DNA of 64,000 nucleotides from Dehalococcoidia bacterium. Its GTDB lineage: Bacteria > Chloroflexota > Dehalococcoidia > Bin125. The translations under genes and the position numbers were made by a program. Under the pieces are notes generated by a model. That model ran no database searches, was not told the origin of the DNA, and saw only the letters and a list, made by a program, of their open reading frames with translations. The DNA is taken from the NCBI GenBank assembly GCA_963555985.3, contig OY820591.1, positions 128,001-192,000 on the forward strand, in the 5' to 3' direction. Positions 38,578 to 48,942 of the stretch are shown in pieces (the first letter of the stretch is position 1; each line of letters begins with the position of its first letter).

Positions 38578-41500
38578 GATGGCTCGCCTTCCACGAGCTC
38601 GACGTAGCGAATCAACTGACGGTCGCGCTTGGTCGCGTCCCAGGCGCGCTGACGGTCGCGTGAGCAGACCGCGTCGTAGGGGCAGTATTGGCAGTGCTCG
38701 GGGCCGCGGCTGGAATCTCGCCCGGGATGCGCGGGGAACAGTCCCTGACCAATGCCGTCGATGATCCGGCTGAGCACGTCGTGGAAGCGGTCGCTGGCCT
38801 CGGCGCCCCAGTCAACCTCACGCAACGCAAATCCTCCGCGCTCAGTGATGAACCAGTAGGCCGTCGAAACCTGGGCGGCAGCGGAGTCTGGGTGGCGCGC
38901 GCTCGCGGCAACGGCGTAGATCGGGAGTTGGAGGTATTGCCCGGCCACGACCGGATCCGCCTCAAGGTGGTTCTTGGCCGGAAGCGCCCGCCCCGTCTTG
39001 TAGTCGATCACATCGAGGCGCGAGCCGTCCTCGGAGCGGTCGATCCGGTCGATCTTGCCGCGCAGCCGGACGGTGCGGCCGTCGGGCAAGGTGATTGGTA
39101 CGGGCGGATCTGCTCCGAGGCCAAAGGCGAACTCGCTCTCGGTTTGGACGACATTGCGCTCCTTCCGGCGCTTGTCATCTCTCGTGAGTAGTGCTTGCAG
39201 GTCGTTCTGGATCAGCTCGCGCTCGCGGGTCCAGAGCAGATCGCGTCCGGTGACGCCGCGTCCTTCGGCGGCATTCATCTTTGCGTCGGCAATTTCCGCG
39301 AGCTGGTCACGGTGCTGATCCGACCATTGCTCGCCCGGACTGGCGAGCGGGTCGACTGCGCGGAAGAAGGTATCGAGGATGTCGTGGATTAATGCGCCCT
39401 TTTCGAGCGGGGAGATCGTGAGTTCGTCCTCGGCCTGATCGCGTTCCGCGACTCGGAGTACGCGACCGAGGAAGTAGCGGTAGGGGCAGACGGCCCAGTC
39501 TTGCAGGGCGGTGGGGGAGTGCGGGCGTTCGGCGTACTTGGCGGTGTTGTCCGTGATCCGCCCGTCCCACTCGCCGAAGGATGGCCGCCGGCGCGCCTGT
39601 TGCAACTCGAATCCGCACTGCAAGGCCGGCTCGTTGAGTGCGAGGAAGTGTGTTTGAGGAGTTGCCGCCTGGCGCAGACTGCGGAGGTCGTATTCCTGGA
39701 TTGCGCCCGGCTGCGATGCGTTCCGGATCGACCACTCGAAGGAGGGAGCGGCGTGGAACCAGTCGCTGCGTTCGAGCGTGTCGATCTTGGAGCCGTAGAC
39801 GCGCTCGCCGCGACGTGCGGAGGCGGATTCGAGCAGCCAGCGGCTGGGCAGGCGGGCGCGCTGTCCGCGTACGTCGGCGCGGGGGTAGCTGAGTTGGCGT
39901 TCCTGCGCCGACCAGAGCGCGGCGAGATACTCGGAGCGCTGACGGCGCGCGCGATCGTCCGCGCCGTTGAGTCCGACCTGTCCCCGCAGCGCTTCGGGCA
40001 AGAGCGGGTCTTCGCGCTGCGCAGGAGGCAGCGAGCGTTCCGCAGCGCCGAGGATGTAGACGATCTCCCAGTCCGTACCCGCCGCCTCTGAGAGCGAGCC
40101 GACGAAGACGCCCTGGCCGAAACGTCCCACCCGTCCGGCGGGGCGCGTCAGCCCACGCTCAACGGCGGCGAGGAAGCGGGCCGGGTCGGTCTCGCCCAGT
40201 TCGTCCAGTTGGGGGAGGGAGCGGAGGAGGTCGTGGATGGTGTCCCAGGCTTCGAGCTCGCGTTCGCTGTCGGTGGTCTGGTTGCGCTCCACGTCAGAGG
40301 AGACGGGGTCGTTCTCCCCCCCTCTGTCGCTGCGCGACATCTCCCCCCGATGGGGGGAGAGGGGAAGCTGGCTGGGCGACGGCTCCTCCCGGCGGGGGGA
40401 GAGGGGATGGTTGCCCAGGCGGTTGGCGAAGGCGGTGCGGCTGCCCAGGTAGCGTTCCAGCAGTTTCTGGGCGCGATCCGTGTAGGCGGACCAGGAGGCT
40501 GAGATTGGCGCGCTCTGGATCTCTTCTACGAGCGTGGCGACGAATGCCTGAAATCCCCGCAATTCGCGTAGATCGCGCTCGATTCCCCGCGCGCGCCAGG
40601 GCTGCTCGTCGTCGGCGTCGGCGAGCAGCCGGTCACGCTCCTCTGTGAGCTTTGCTCCGTACTGATCCAGGCGCTCCAGCCACTGCTGCGGATCGCGGAG
40701 CAGGTTGGCCTTGCGCGCGATCTGATTCCAGCGCGCGGCGGGGACTGGTTGTGCGTAGGTGTCGAGGATCGGCGCACCCGCAAGCCACGGGGCGACGATC
40801 TCGCTCCACGAGATTCGCGGCGGCGTTCGCGCGGCCCGCTCTGCGAGCTGGAGCAGCGAGAGCAGGGTGCGCCCCACGATCGTCTGGCCGTAGCTGACGG
40901 GCAGGCGTCCGTTCCAGGGGATGCCGGCGGCGTCGAGTTGTTCGGCGGCGATGCGTTGGTAGGGATCGCGCTGGGCGTAGAGGATGGCGGCGCGGTGCAA
41001 GGACTGCCCGTTGCGGGCCCGCTCGCCGAGTTGACGGATTGTGTCTCGCACCTCCTCCTCCGCGTCGGGGGCTTGGAGGATGCGCTCGGCGATCGGCGGC
41101 GCGTCAACCGCAGCCGACGCGGGCGGCGCAGACCATTGCGCGAGTGCGTGCTCGTCTACGACCGGATCGCCGCTGAGTCCGAGGATGACTTCGAGCTGTA
41201 CGCGGCTGGCGAGTTGTTCGAGGAAGCTGCGCTGTTGGGGCGTGAGATCGGGGGGGAGATAGAGCACGGCGTCGCCGAGATCGCGCAGGCTGGGGGCGTC
41301 GTGATTGAGCGCGGCGGCGGCGGCTTGGGCGAGTTCCCGATCGTCGTAGAAGTTGCGTACGCGCTCGCGGAATTCGCGGTAGCGGTTGACGAGATAGCGC
41401 TGTTGCGGGGAGTTGGCGGCGATTTGGTTGAGGGCGTCGTCGTTGCACTGGTCGAAGTCGGAGAAGGCGGCGTCCAGACTGCGCAGAGCCGGGCCTTCAA

Positions 41501-41846
41501 GCGGTACGTCTCCGAGGAACTCCTGTCGGGTATTGCTGACGACGGCGCGGATGGCCTCGATGCGGAAGGAGTCGGAGAGGGGTCGGTGTCCCTGGGCGGC
41601 GAGCCGGGGCGCGCCGATGAACTCGATCAGGCGGGGCAGGACGAGGAAGCGAACGTTGACCAGGCCTCCGGGCCGCATCCCAAACGTGCGCCGCAGGCTC
41701 AGTCCGCTGAGTGTGTTGGGCGGCACGACGGTGACGGGTTTGAGGCGGTCGCCGTCTTTGAGGCGCTCAATTGCGGCTTCGAGCGCGGCGCGCGCGTCCT
41801 GTCCCATTGCCGCTGTGGTGACGTGCGCAACTGTCATGCGGCTCAC
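38574..41846 (-). CDS. addB: AddB-like protein with C-terminal Fe-S PD-(D/E)xK nuclease
   Basis: CPYRYF, GKIDRID, IDYKTG, QLPIY, CQYCPY..C; coupled to addA. Confidence 0.8.
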   Translation of the reverse strand: MSRMTVAHVTTAAMGQDARAALEAAIERLKDGDRLKPVTVVPPNTLSGLSLRRTFGMRPGGLVNVRFLVLPRLIEFIGAPRLAAQGHRPLSDSFRIEAIRAVVSNTRQEFLGDVPLEGPALRSLDAAFSDFDQCNDDALNQIAANSPQQRYLVNRYREFRERVRNFYDDRELAQAAAAALNHDAPSLRDLGDAVLYLPPDLTPQQRSFLEQLASRVQLEVILGLSGDPVVDEHALAQWSAPPASAAVDAPPIAERILQAPDAEEEVRDTIRQLGERARNGQSLHRAAILYAQRDPYQRIAAEQLDAAGIPWNGRLPVSYGQTIVGRTLLSLLQLAERAARTPPRISWSEIVAPWLAGAPILDTYAQPVPAARWNQIARKANLLRDPQQWLERLDQYGAKLTEERDRLLADADDEQPWRARGIERDLRELRGFQAFVATLVEEIQSAPISASWSAYTDRAQKLLERYLGSRTAFANRLGNHPLSPRREEPSPSQLPLSPHRGEMSRSDRGGENDPVSSDVERNQTTDSERELEAWDTIHDLLRSLPQLDELGETDPARFLAAVERGLTRPAGRVGRFGQGVFVGSLSEAAGTDWEIVYILGAAERSLPPAQREDPLLPEALRGQVGLNGADDRARRQRSEYLAALWSAQERQLSYPRADVRGQRARLPSRWLLESASARRGERVYGSKIDTLERSDWFHAAPSFEWSIRNASQPGAIQEYDLRSLRQAATPQTHFLALNEPALQCGFELQQARRRPSFGEWDGRITDNTAKYAERPHSPTALQDWAVCPYRYFLGRVLRVAERDQAEDELTISPLEKGALIHDILDTFFRAVDPLASPGEQWSDQHRDQLAEIADAKMNAAEGRGVTGRDLLWTRERELIQNDLQALLTRDDKRRKERNVVQTESEFAFGLGADPPVPITLPDGRTVRLRGKIDRIDRSEDGSRLDVIDYKTGRALPAKNHLEADPVVAGQYLQLPIYAVAASARHPDSAAAQVSTAYWFITERGGFALREVDWGAEASDRFHDVLSRIIDGIGQGLFPAHPGRDSSRGPEHCQYCPYDAVCSRDRQRAWDATKRDRQLIRYVELVEGEPS

Positions 41847-41916
41847 TGTATCGGGGCTGTTTGGGAGTCAGGAACACTCTGGACAGCTTGATCCGGGTCA
41901 TGTCTGTGGAGGTCGG

Positions 41917-41969
41917 ACCCCCCTCTGTCGCTGCGCGACATCTCCCCCCGCACTGCGGGGGGAGAGAGG
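41917..41969. repeat. CCCCC-type palindromic repeat (intergenic copy)
   Basis: CCCCCCTCTGTCGCTGCGCGACATCTCCCCCCGCACTGCGGGGGGAGA. Confidence 0.85.
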
Positions 41970-41973
41970 TGGT

Positions 41974-42234
41974 TCAGCAGTTGGGCAGACTGACGAGCAA
42001 GTCGTCGCCGGCGGCGGGATCGGTGCGGATGATCTTGCCTTCATCGGTGAGGGCGACGACTACGGCGACCGGGCCGGTTTGGCCTGCCACGAAGTAGCGG
42101 TAGCGATCGCCCTCGATGTCGTCGACGACGTCGGCGATCCAGACCGACCAGGTGAAGGGTTTGGAGCCGCAGATGCCCATCATCAGGCCGGTGCGGTTGC
42201 GGGAGACGGCTTCGACTTCGAAGGTTTGGATCAT
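41974..42234 (-). CDS. DUF3892-like small protein
   Basis: IEG..Y.V..G...V.V...G.IIRT.P....L..LPNC pattern. Confidence 0.6.
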   Translation of the reverse strand: MIQTFEVEAVSRNRTGLMMGICGSKPFTWSVWIADVVDDIEGDRYRYFVAGQTGPVAVVVALTDEGKIIRTDPAAGDDLLVSLPNC

Positions 42235-42271
42235 GGGTTCAGGCGATCCGGATTCGCTTCTGGAGACCAGC

Positions 42272-42348
42272 GCGTGGTATCTCGCCGTGACTTATACCCT
42301 CGTCGTCAGCGCCACGAGATTGCCGCGACAAGCGCGGCAATGACGGAG
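42272..42348. repeat. GTCAT-type REP pair (partial)
   Basis: GAGATTGCCGCGACAAGCGCGGCAATGACGG. Confidence 0.75.
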
Positions 42349-42350
42349 CA

Positions 42351-43511
42351 TTAGCTGTCTTCCCATTGGACGAACATGGGCATGAGGACGTGGACGTAGT
42401 TGTCGCGTCCGACGACTCGGAAGACGCCTGGGTTGGAGGGGCCGGAGGTCTCCATCGCGATCTCGGCGGAGGTGCCGGAGGCGACCTGGAGGACTTCCTG
42501 GAGGTAGCGGACGTTGTAGGCGATGCGGGAGTCGGAGCCTTCGATTGCGGCGGAAACGCGGCCGCGGTGGTTGCCCAGTTCTTCGGCGCGGGCGGTGAGG
42601 GTGATTTCGCCCTCGCCGGCGCCGTTGCCGTTCTGTTCGCTGTTGAAGAGCAGGCGGATGATGCCGCTCGACTCGCGGGCGAAGACGGCGGCGGAGCGGA
42701 CTTTCTGTTGCAAGGCGGAACCGGGCAGCACGGCGCGGGTCTGATACTCGCTCGGGACCAGCTGGTTGTAGCTGGGATAATTGCCCTGGATCAGCTGCGC
42801 GGTCATCTGCACGTTGCGCAGGTGGAAGCGGACGTAGCTGCGGTCGTGGTGGATGTACATCTCGACCGAGGCGTCTTCTTCGCTGAGCAGGCGTTCGAGT
42901 TCGCTGAGGGCGCGGGCGGGGACGGTCAGTTCGAGCGCTTCGCTGAGTTCGGAGGCGACGCTCATGTCGTAGACGGCGAGGCGGAAGCCGTCGGCGGCGG
43001 CGAGGGTCATGGTGTCGCCCTCGAAGCGGAAGTGGACGCCGGTGAGGACGGGGCGGCCGTCGTCGGTGGCGGCGGCGAAGACGACGTGGCGCAGCGCTTC
43101 GCGGAGGTCGGAGGCAACGATCTTGATCCAGTCGCCCTCGCCCACGCCGGGGATGTTGGGGTAGCTGCTGGCGCTCATGCCGTGGATCGAGGACTCGTTG
43201 GCGTCGGAGGCGCGGATCTGGGTGACGAGCGAGCCATCGGCCACGTCGATGATCAGGTCGGCGGCGTCGAGCGCGGAGACGAGATCGTTGATGAAGCGGT
43301 GGGGGACGGTGATCGTGCCGGGTTCGTCGACGGCGGCGTCGATCTGCACGATCAGCGCAATTTCGGTGTCGGTGGCGGTGAGGCGGACGCCCTCCTCGTC
43401 GGCAGCAAGGTGGACGTGCCGGAGCTGATCGAGGCTGTGGCGCGCGGCGACGGCGCGGCTGACGGTAGAGAGTCCGCGTTCGAGCGCGGCCTGGCTGGTC
43501 TGGATGCGCAT
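42351..43511 (-). CDS. dnaN: DNA polymerase III beta sliding clamp
   Basis: LTATDTEI, RPVLTGV, AADGFRLA, LIQGNYP.Y, VLMPM. Confidence 0.95.
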   Translation of the reverse strand: MRIQTSQAALERGLSTVSRAVAARHSLDQLRHVHLAADEEGVRLTATDTEIALIVQIDAAVDEPGTITVPHRFINDLVSALDAADLIIDVADGSLVTQIRASDANESSIHGMSASSYPNIPGVGEGDWIKIVASDLREALRHVVFAAATDDGRPVLTGVHFRFEGDTMTLAAADGFRLAVYDMSVASELSEALELTVPARALSELERLLSEEDASVEMYIHHDRSYVRFHLRNVQMTAQLIQGNYPSYNQLVPSEYQTRAVLPGSALQQKVRSAAVFARESSGIIRLLFNSEQNGNGAGEGEITLTARAEELGNHRGRVSAAIEGSDSRIAYNVRYLQEVLQVASGTSAEIAMETSGPSNPGVFRVVGRDNYVHVLMPMFVQWEDS

Positions 43512-43920
43512 CTGAGTTCCTCTTCGTTGCGCCGCCAAAGCGGCGGTTTGGAGTCGGCCTGTAAATGATCACCCGTGTGATCGATATGGCCTGATGCAGA
43601 TACAGTATGCCTATGCAGCCGCTCGCACTGCCCGCCCGTGTTACTCACCATAGGTAGCGGGGGAAAGGGTGGATGATGGGGATGTTTGAGTGCGTAGGCA
43701 AGGCGCGGCGGGGGTGTTCAGGTTGTTCAGCAAGAATTTTTTTCGGAGCGGCGGAATTGCGAATTTGCTGCTGTGGCTGGGAGATGAGCGTTCAGGGTGT
43801 TCAGAGATGTTCAGGGCTGAGCGGGCGGGTGGAGATTGGGCGGGGCTGAATTCGGATGAGGTCTTGTTGAGATGACGCCGACCGGGAGATGCCGAGGGCA
43901 GCACGGCAGTCCCGATCCTC

Positions 43921-43951
43921 GTCATACCCGCACTCCGTCGCGGGTATCTCG
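43921..43951. repeat. GTCAT-type REP
   Basis: GTCATACCCGCACTCCGTCGCGGGTATCTCG. Confidence 0.75.
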
Positions 43952-44154
43952 ATGTGTTCAGGTCCATGTTCGGTCGAAGCAGGAGCGGCGACATGGAGCC
44001 TCCCGTTGAGGCGTTTGTCATACTGATGTGCGACTAGTATAGCTGGTTTGGGCTTTGGTGTGGGTGTGTCGTGGTTGGCAGTGGTGGTTAGGACGTTCGG
44101 GGTATGGCGAGAATCCATGTCCGATGCGATGCGCTGCATGGATTCCCGCTTTCG

Positions 44155-44295
44155 GAGGCCTTTGCAAATTGGCATTCCCGCTGCTCTCGTCATTCCAGCG
44201 AAAGCTGGAATCTCGCCCGACCAGATAGACCGAACTCCGAACGAGATTCCAGGTCAAGCCTGGAATGACGGAAATGGGGGTTTCGCAAAGGCCTC
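44155..44295 (-). mobile_element. 141-bp MITE (intact copy), 6-bp TSD CTTTCG, inside a REP loop
   Basis: GATTCCCG-CTTTCG|GAGGCCTTTGCAAA...TTCGCAAAGGCCTC|CTTTCG-CGGGAATGAC. Confidence 0.85.
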
Positions 44296-44421
44296 CTTTC
44301 GCGGGAATGACGGAGGGTGGGGAAGTGGGATAGGGCTTGGGTGCGGTACTCAGCGAGTGATCCCCGCCGTCGCGGAGCCTGTCCCCGCGACGGAGCGCGG
44401 GTATGACGGAGTTCTTTGAGA

Positions 44422-45378
44422 TCAGCGAGGCGCTTGCGCTGGCAGGGCTTCGAGGATGCCTCGGAGATCGGGGCCTCTCCAGGTGGGGAGAGCTCTCATC
44501 ATGCGTTCTCGTTCGGGATCGGGGTAGCGGCTGACCCAGTAGACGGGGAGTCCGGCGTGGTTGGCTCCGGTGACGTCGGCCCAGGGGCTGTCGCCGACGT
44601 AGAGGACGGCTTCGGGGGCTAGATCGAGGCGTTGGCAGAGTTGCTCGAAGAAGGGTCGGCGGGGCTTGTAGGACTGCGCCTCCTCCGAGGAGAGCACCAG
44701 CTCGACCTCGTGTCCGGCGCGGATGCTGGCTTCGGCCAGCGCCGCTTCGAGGTGGTCGTCGTCGGCGTTGCTGCCGATGGCGACGCGGTAGCCGCGCTCG
44801 CGCAGTTCGCTCAGCACCGGCAGCACTTCGGGGTAGGCGGGCGCTTGCGAGAGCACATCCCAGAGGTGCTGGAAGGCGGTCATGGGCGGGATCGTCTCGA
44901 CGGCGTGGGTTTTGAAGGCGTCGGCGAAGAAGATCGGCCAAGTCTCGGAGAAGGGGCGGAAGACCGGTTCGGGGCCTTCGAGCGGCCGGTCGGGGTTGCG
45001 GCCCTCTTTGCGCGACATTTCGCGGGAGGCGTCGAGCCAGGCTTGCCAGACCTGCTCGCCGGTGGCGTGTTCGACGCCGTGTTGGAGCAGCAGCTCGTGG
45101 ACGAGGGTGGCGAACTGGCGCTCTTCGAGTTGGAGCAGGGTGCCGTAGCAGTCGAAAGCGACGGCGCGGACGGTCTCGCTGGCGCGTTCGGGTGCGACGG
45201 TGGGCGGGGAGGGTTTGGGGGGAGGGTCGGGGGTTGTGGAGTTTTGGGCGGACCCCGCTCTGTCGCTACGCGACCTCTCCCCCCGCGATGCGGGGGGAGA
45301 GGGGGATTGGTCTTGTGACATCTTCTCCCGTGATGCGGGGGGAGAGAATTTTGCCTGTGCGTCGGTGGTTTCGCTCAT
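44422..45378 (-). CDS. HAD-family hydrolase with repeat-derived N-terminus
   Basis: FDCYGTL, SN, KP, YVGDS..D; ATGA overlap with hemB stop. Confidence 0.85.
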   Translation of the reverse strand: MSETTDAQAKFSPPASREKMSQDQSPSPPASRGERSRSDRAGSAQNSTTPDPPPKPSPPTVAPERASETVRAVAFDCYGTLLQLEERQFATLVHELLLQHGVEHATGEQVWQAWLDASREMSRKEGRNPDRPLEGPEPVFRPFSETWPIFFADAFKTHAVETIPPMTAFQHLWDVLSQAPAYPEVLPVLSELRERGYRVAIGSNADDDHLEAALAEASIRAGHEVELVLSSEEAQSYKPRRPFFEQLCQRLDLAPEAVLYVGDSPWADVTGANHAGLPVYWVSRYPDPERERMMRALPTWRGPDLRGILEALPAQAPR

Positions 45379-46397
45379 GAGGGTCGCCGTGCGAGCCAGC
45401 GGGCGGCGTCTTTGGCGTGGTAGGTGAGAATCATGTCCGCTCCGGCGCGGCGGAGGCCGGTCAGGGTTTCCAGGACGATCCGTTCTTCGTCCAGCCAGCC
45501 GTTGGCGGCGGCGGCCTTCACCATCGCATACTCCCCGCTGACGTTGTATGCCGCCAGGGGCACATTGACCGACTCCCGCGCGGCTCGCACCAGATCGAGG
45601 TAGGCGAGCGCGGGTTTGACCATCACCATGTCCGCGCCCTCGGCTAGATCGCGCTCGATCGCGCGCAAGGCTTCGCGTCCGTTGGGCGGATCCATCTGGT
45701 AGCCGCGCCGGTCGCCGAAGGCGGGGGCGGAGTCGGCGGCGTCGCGGAAGGGGCCGTAGTAGGCCGAGGCGAACTTGGCGGCATAAGAGAGCAGCGTGCG
45801 GTCGGCGTAGCCGGCGTCGTCAAGCGCCTCTCGGATCACGCCGATGCGTCCGTCCATCATGTCGGAGGGAGCGATGATGTCCGCTCCCGCTTCGGCCTGG
45901 CTGACGGCGGTCTGGGCGAGCAGCTCGACCGAGGCGTCGTTGATCACGGAGCCGTCGTCGTCCAGCAGACCGCAGTGACCGTGATCGGTGTACTCGCAGA
46001 GGCAGACGTCGGTGACGACGATCAGGTCGGGGTTGGCGTCCTTGAGCGTGCGCACGGCCTGCTGGATCACGCCGTCGTGAATCCAGGCGCCGCTGCCCTC
46101 GAAGTCCTTCGTGTCAGGCAGACCGAAAAGCAGGATCGCGGGGATGTCGAGCGAGCGCAGTTCGGCTGCTTCCTGCGGGAGCTGGTCAATTGAGAGTCGG
46201 AACTGTCCGGGCATTGAGGGGATCGGCTCGCGCTCGTTGTGTCCGAGCGTGACGAAGATCGGGTAGATGAAGTCGGCTGGGGCGAGGCGGGTCTCGCGCA
46301 CCATCCGGCGCAGACCCTCGCTGCGGCGCAGGCGGCGCATTCGGTGGGCGCTGGGAATTGCAGTGTTGCTTGTGGACGGACGCACTGTAGATACCAT
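45375..46397 (-). CDS. hemB: Porphobilinogen synthase
   Basis: [44 protein letters not shown]. Confidence 0.97.
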   Translation of the reverse strand: MVSTVRPSTSNTAIPSAHRMRRLRRSEGLRRMVRETRLAPADFIYPIFVTLGHNEREPIPSMPGQFRLSIDQLPQEAAELRSLDIPAILLFGLPDTKDFEGSGAWIHDGVIQQAVRTLKDANPDLIVVTDVCLCEYTDHGHCGLLDDDGSVINDASVELLAQTAVSQAEAGADIIAPSDMMDGRIGVIREALDDAGYADRTLLSYAAKFASAYYGPFRDAADSAPAFGDRRGYQMDPPNGREALRAIERDLAEGADMVMVKPALAYLDLVRAARESVNVPLAAYNVSGEYAMVKAAAANGWLDEERIVLETLTGLRRAGADMILTYHAKDAARWLARRPS

Positions 46398-46405
46398 GCC
46401 GTCGC

Positions 46406-48019
46406 TCACTCTTCCTGAACGTGACGCGCGATTGCGTCTAGCAATCCGCCGACCGTATGCGTCTGCGCGACCACGCTGACTGACCAACCCAATTCACGCG
46501 CGGCGGCAGCCGTGACCGGACCGATGCAGGCGATTGTTGCGCCTTTGATCGCGCGCTGCACTGAGTCTACGCGGGTCAGTTCATGCAGACCGCGAGCGGT
46601 GGACGGGGATGTCAAGGTGACCACATCAACGCCGTCTGCGAGCGCGTCCAGCGCTGACGGATCGGGTTGGGCGGTGACGCTGTCGTAGAGGGGGATGTCG
46701 TCGATCATTGCTCCGCGCTCGCGGAGGCCGTCGCTGAGCCGCCGGCTGCCCTGGGCGGCGCGGGCGAGCAGGATTCGGCGTCCGCTCAGGTCTTCCTGGG
46801 CGAGCTCCTCCAAGAGGGCGGCGGAGGTGTAGGTCGCGGGTATGAGATCGGCGCTGAAGCCGCGCTGCTTCAGGGCGTGGGCGGTGGCTGCGCCGATCGC
46901 CGCGATGCGGGTTGTACCGCAGGCGCGGGCGTCCAATCCGGCCTGGCGCAGGGCTGTCCAGAGACGCTCGACGCCGTTGACGCTGGTGAGGATGAGGTCG
47001 TCGAAGCGGCCGGCGGTTAAGGTTCGCACGGCCCAGCCAATGAGGGCGGGGTCGGTGTCGATCAGCTCGATCGTGGGGAGGAGGACGGGTTCGGCGCCGT
47101 GTTGGCGGAGGAGGGTGGCGAACTCGGCGGACTGTGCTTTGGGGCGGGTGATCAGGATTCGGAGGTCTTGGAGGGGAGAGACCGTATGAGGGTAGAGATC
47201 GCGTTGTTGCGGGGATGGTGATCCGTCGTGGCGCTGGTCTGCGTCTGGAGCTTGGGAGGTTCGAGATTCCCGCCTGCGCGGGAATGACGGAATAGGGGCT
47301 TGGGCAAGAGCGACCACTTGCCCGATCACGACTGTCATGGGTGGTCGAAGGTTGGCCTCGGACACGGCTTGCGGCAGATCGGCGAGTGTTGTGGTGAGGC
47401 TTTGCTGTTGTGGAGTTGAGGCTTGTTCGATTGCGGCTGCGGGGGTGTTGGGATCGAGGCCGGCGGCGATCAGACGATCTGTGATCTGGGGCAGGTTTCG
47501 CCAGCCCATCAGGATCACGATTGTGCCTCCGGTTCGGGCGAGGGCGTTCCAGTTGAGCTCGGGCGCTCCTTCGGCGGCTTCATGGCCGGTGACGACGGTG
47601 AAGGCGGAGGCGGCGCGGCGATCGGTGACGGGGATACCGGCGAGGGCGGCTGCTGCGGAGGCGCTGCTGACGCCTGGGATCACTTCGTACTCCAGGCCGG
47701 CCTCGTGGAGCGCGGTCGCCTCTTCGCCGCCGCGTCCGAAGACGAATGGATCGCCGCCCTTGAGTCGGACGACGCGCAACCCTTGGCGAGCGCGGTCGAT
47801 CAGGAGGGCGTTGATCTGGTCTTGCGAGAGGCGGGCGTCGCCGGCGCGCTTGCCCGCGTCGATTCGTTCGGCGTTGGGCGCTTCGTCCAGGAGGCTGAGG
47901 GGGATCAGGCGGTCGTGGATGATCACGTCGGCGCGTCGGATCGCTTCCAGACCGGCCAGGGTGATGAGCTTGGGATCGCCCGGTCCCGCGCCGACGAGGA
48001 TGATCGGCGGCGGTTTCAT
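46406..48019 (-). CDS. cobA: Uroporphyrinogen-III methyltransferase / synthase fusion (CobA-HemD)
   Basis: [25 protein letters not shown]; then ILITRP, TSVNGV, CIGPVT. Confidence 0.93.
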   Translation of the reverse strand: MKPPPIILVGAGPGDPKLITLAGLEAIRRADVIIHDRLIPLSLLDEAPNAERIDAGKRAGDARLSQDQINALLIDRARQGLRVVRLKGGDPFVFGRGGEEATALHEAGLEYEVIPGVSSASAAAALAGIPVTDRRAASAFTVVTGHEAAEGAPELNWNALARTGGTIVILMGWRNLPQITDRLIAAGLDPNTPAAAIEQASTPQQQSLTTTLADLPQAVSEANLRPPMTVVIGQVVALAQAPIPSFPRRRESRTSQAPDADQRHDGSPSPQQRDLYPHTVSPLQDLRILITRPKAQSAEFATLLRQHGAEPVLLPTIELIDTDPALIGWAVRTLTAGRFDDLILTSVNGVERLWTALRQAGLDARACGTTRIAAIGAATAHALKQRGFSADLIPATYTSAALLEELAQEDLSGRRILLARAAQGSRRLSDGLRERGAMIDDIPLYDSVTAQPDPSALDALADGVDVVTLTSPSTARGLHELTRVDSVQRAIKGATIACIGPVTAAAARELGWSVSVVAQTHTVGGLLDAIARHVQEE

Positions 48020-48942
48020 GACGACTGCTCCATCAGGGCGCGTCCGCCGCGATCGAGCAGGGCTTGGCCGAGTTCGCGGCCTACCGCTTCGGGATCGTCG
48101 CCGGGGCCGCTGCGCTGGAGTTCGATCCGACGGGTTCCGTCCAGGCTGAGCATTCGTCCGGCGACGACGACTTCATCCAAGCGCACATGTCCCAGGGCGG
48201 CGACGGGCAGCGTGCAGCCCGCGCCAAGCTGGGAGAGCGCCGCCCGTTCGGCGCGAACTGCCAACTCGGTCGGACGATGATTTGCGGCGGTCAAGGATGC
48301 GATCAGCGTGTCGTCGTCCGAGCGCGACTGCAAGGCGATTGCGCCCTGTCCGGGCGCGGGCAGCATCAGGTCGATTGGCAGCGGCGCGATCGTGACGCCC
48401 GACTGCTGTCCAAGCCGCGCGAGACCTGCGACCGCGAGCACGATTGCGTCGAACTCTCCGGCCAAGAGCTTGCGGATGCGGGTATCGACGTTGCCGCGAA
48501 TGTCGGCGATTTGCAGATCGGGTCTGCGCGAGCGCAGTTGCGCGGCGCGTCGGCGGGAGCCGGTGCCGACTCGCGCGCCGTGGGATAGATCGTCAACTCC
48601 CGCCCAGCCGCGTTCGGTTGGGGTAACCAGCGCGTCGCGGACATCGGCGCGGGGGAGGAATGCCGCCAGCGTCGTGCCTGCTTGGAGCGCGGAGGGGATG
48701 TCCTTGGCGCTGTGCGCGGCGAGATCGATCTCGCCGTTGAGCAGGGCGGTCTCGATGGCGCGGACGAAGACGCCGCGTCCGCCGAGGACGCGCAGGGAGG
48801 TGGCGCGGTCGCGGTCGCCTTCGGTGCGGATGATCACTGCTTCGGCTTCGAGGCCGGCGTTGCGCAGGGCAGCAAGCGCGAGCTCGGTTTGAGCGCGCGA
48901 GAGGGCGCTGCCGCGCGTGCCGACTCGTAGCGGGGCGCTCAT
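48016..48942 (-). CDS. hemC: Hydroxymethylbilane synthase
   Basis: GTRGSAL, HSAKD, GTGSRRR, IRGNVDTR, GAGCTLP. Confidence 0.96.
   Translation of the reverse strand: MSAPLRVGTRGSALSRAQTELALAALRNAGLEAEAVIIRTEGDRDRATSLRVLGGRGVFVRAIETALLNGEIDLAAHSAKDIPSALQAGTTLAAFLPRADVRDALVTPTERGWAGVDDLSHGARVGTGSRRRAAQLRSRRPDLQIADIRGNVDTRIRKLLAGEFDAIVLAVAGLARLGQQSGVTIAPLPIDLMLPAPGQGAIALQSRSDDDTLIASLTAANHRPTELAVRAERAALSQLGAGCTLPVAALGHVRLDEVVVAGRMLSLDGTRRIELQRSGPGDDPEAVGRELGQALLDRGGRALMEQSS

Noticed and set aside
38574-39500. Cas4 nuclease
   Set aside because: The Fe-S PD-(D/E)xK domain is the C-terminus of the 1090-aa AddB-like protein
43512-44420. oriC upstream of dnaN
   Set aside because: No dnaA and no convincing TTATCCACA boxes or AT-rich unwinding element; region is largely repeats
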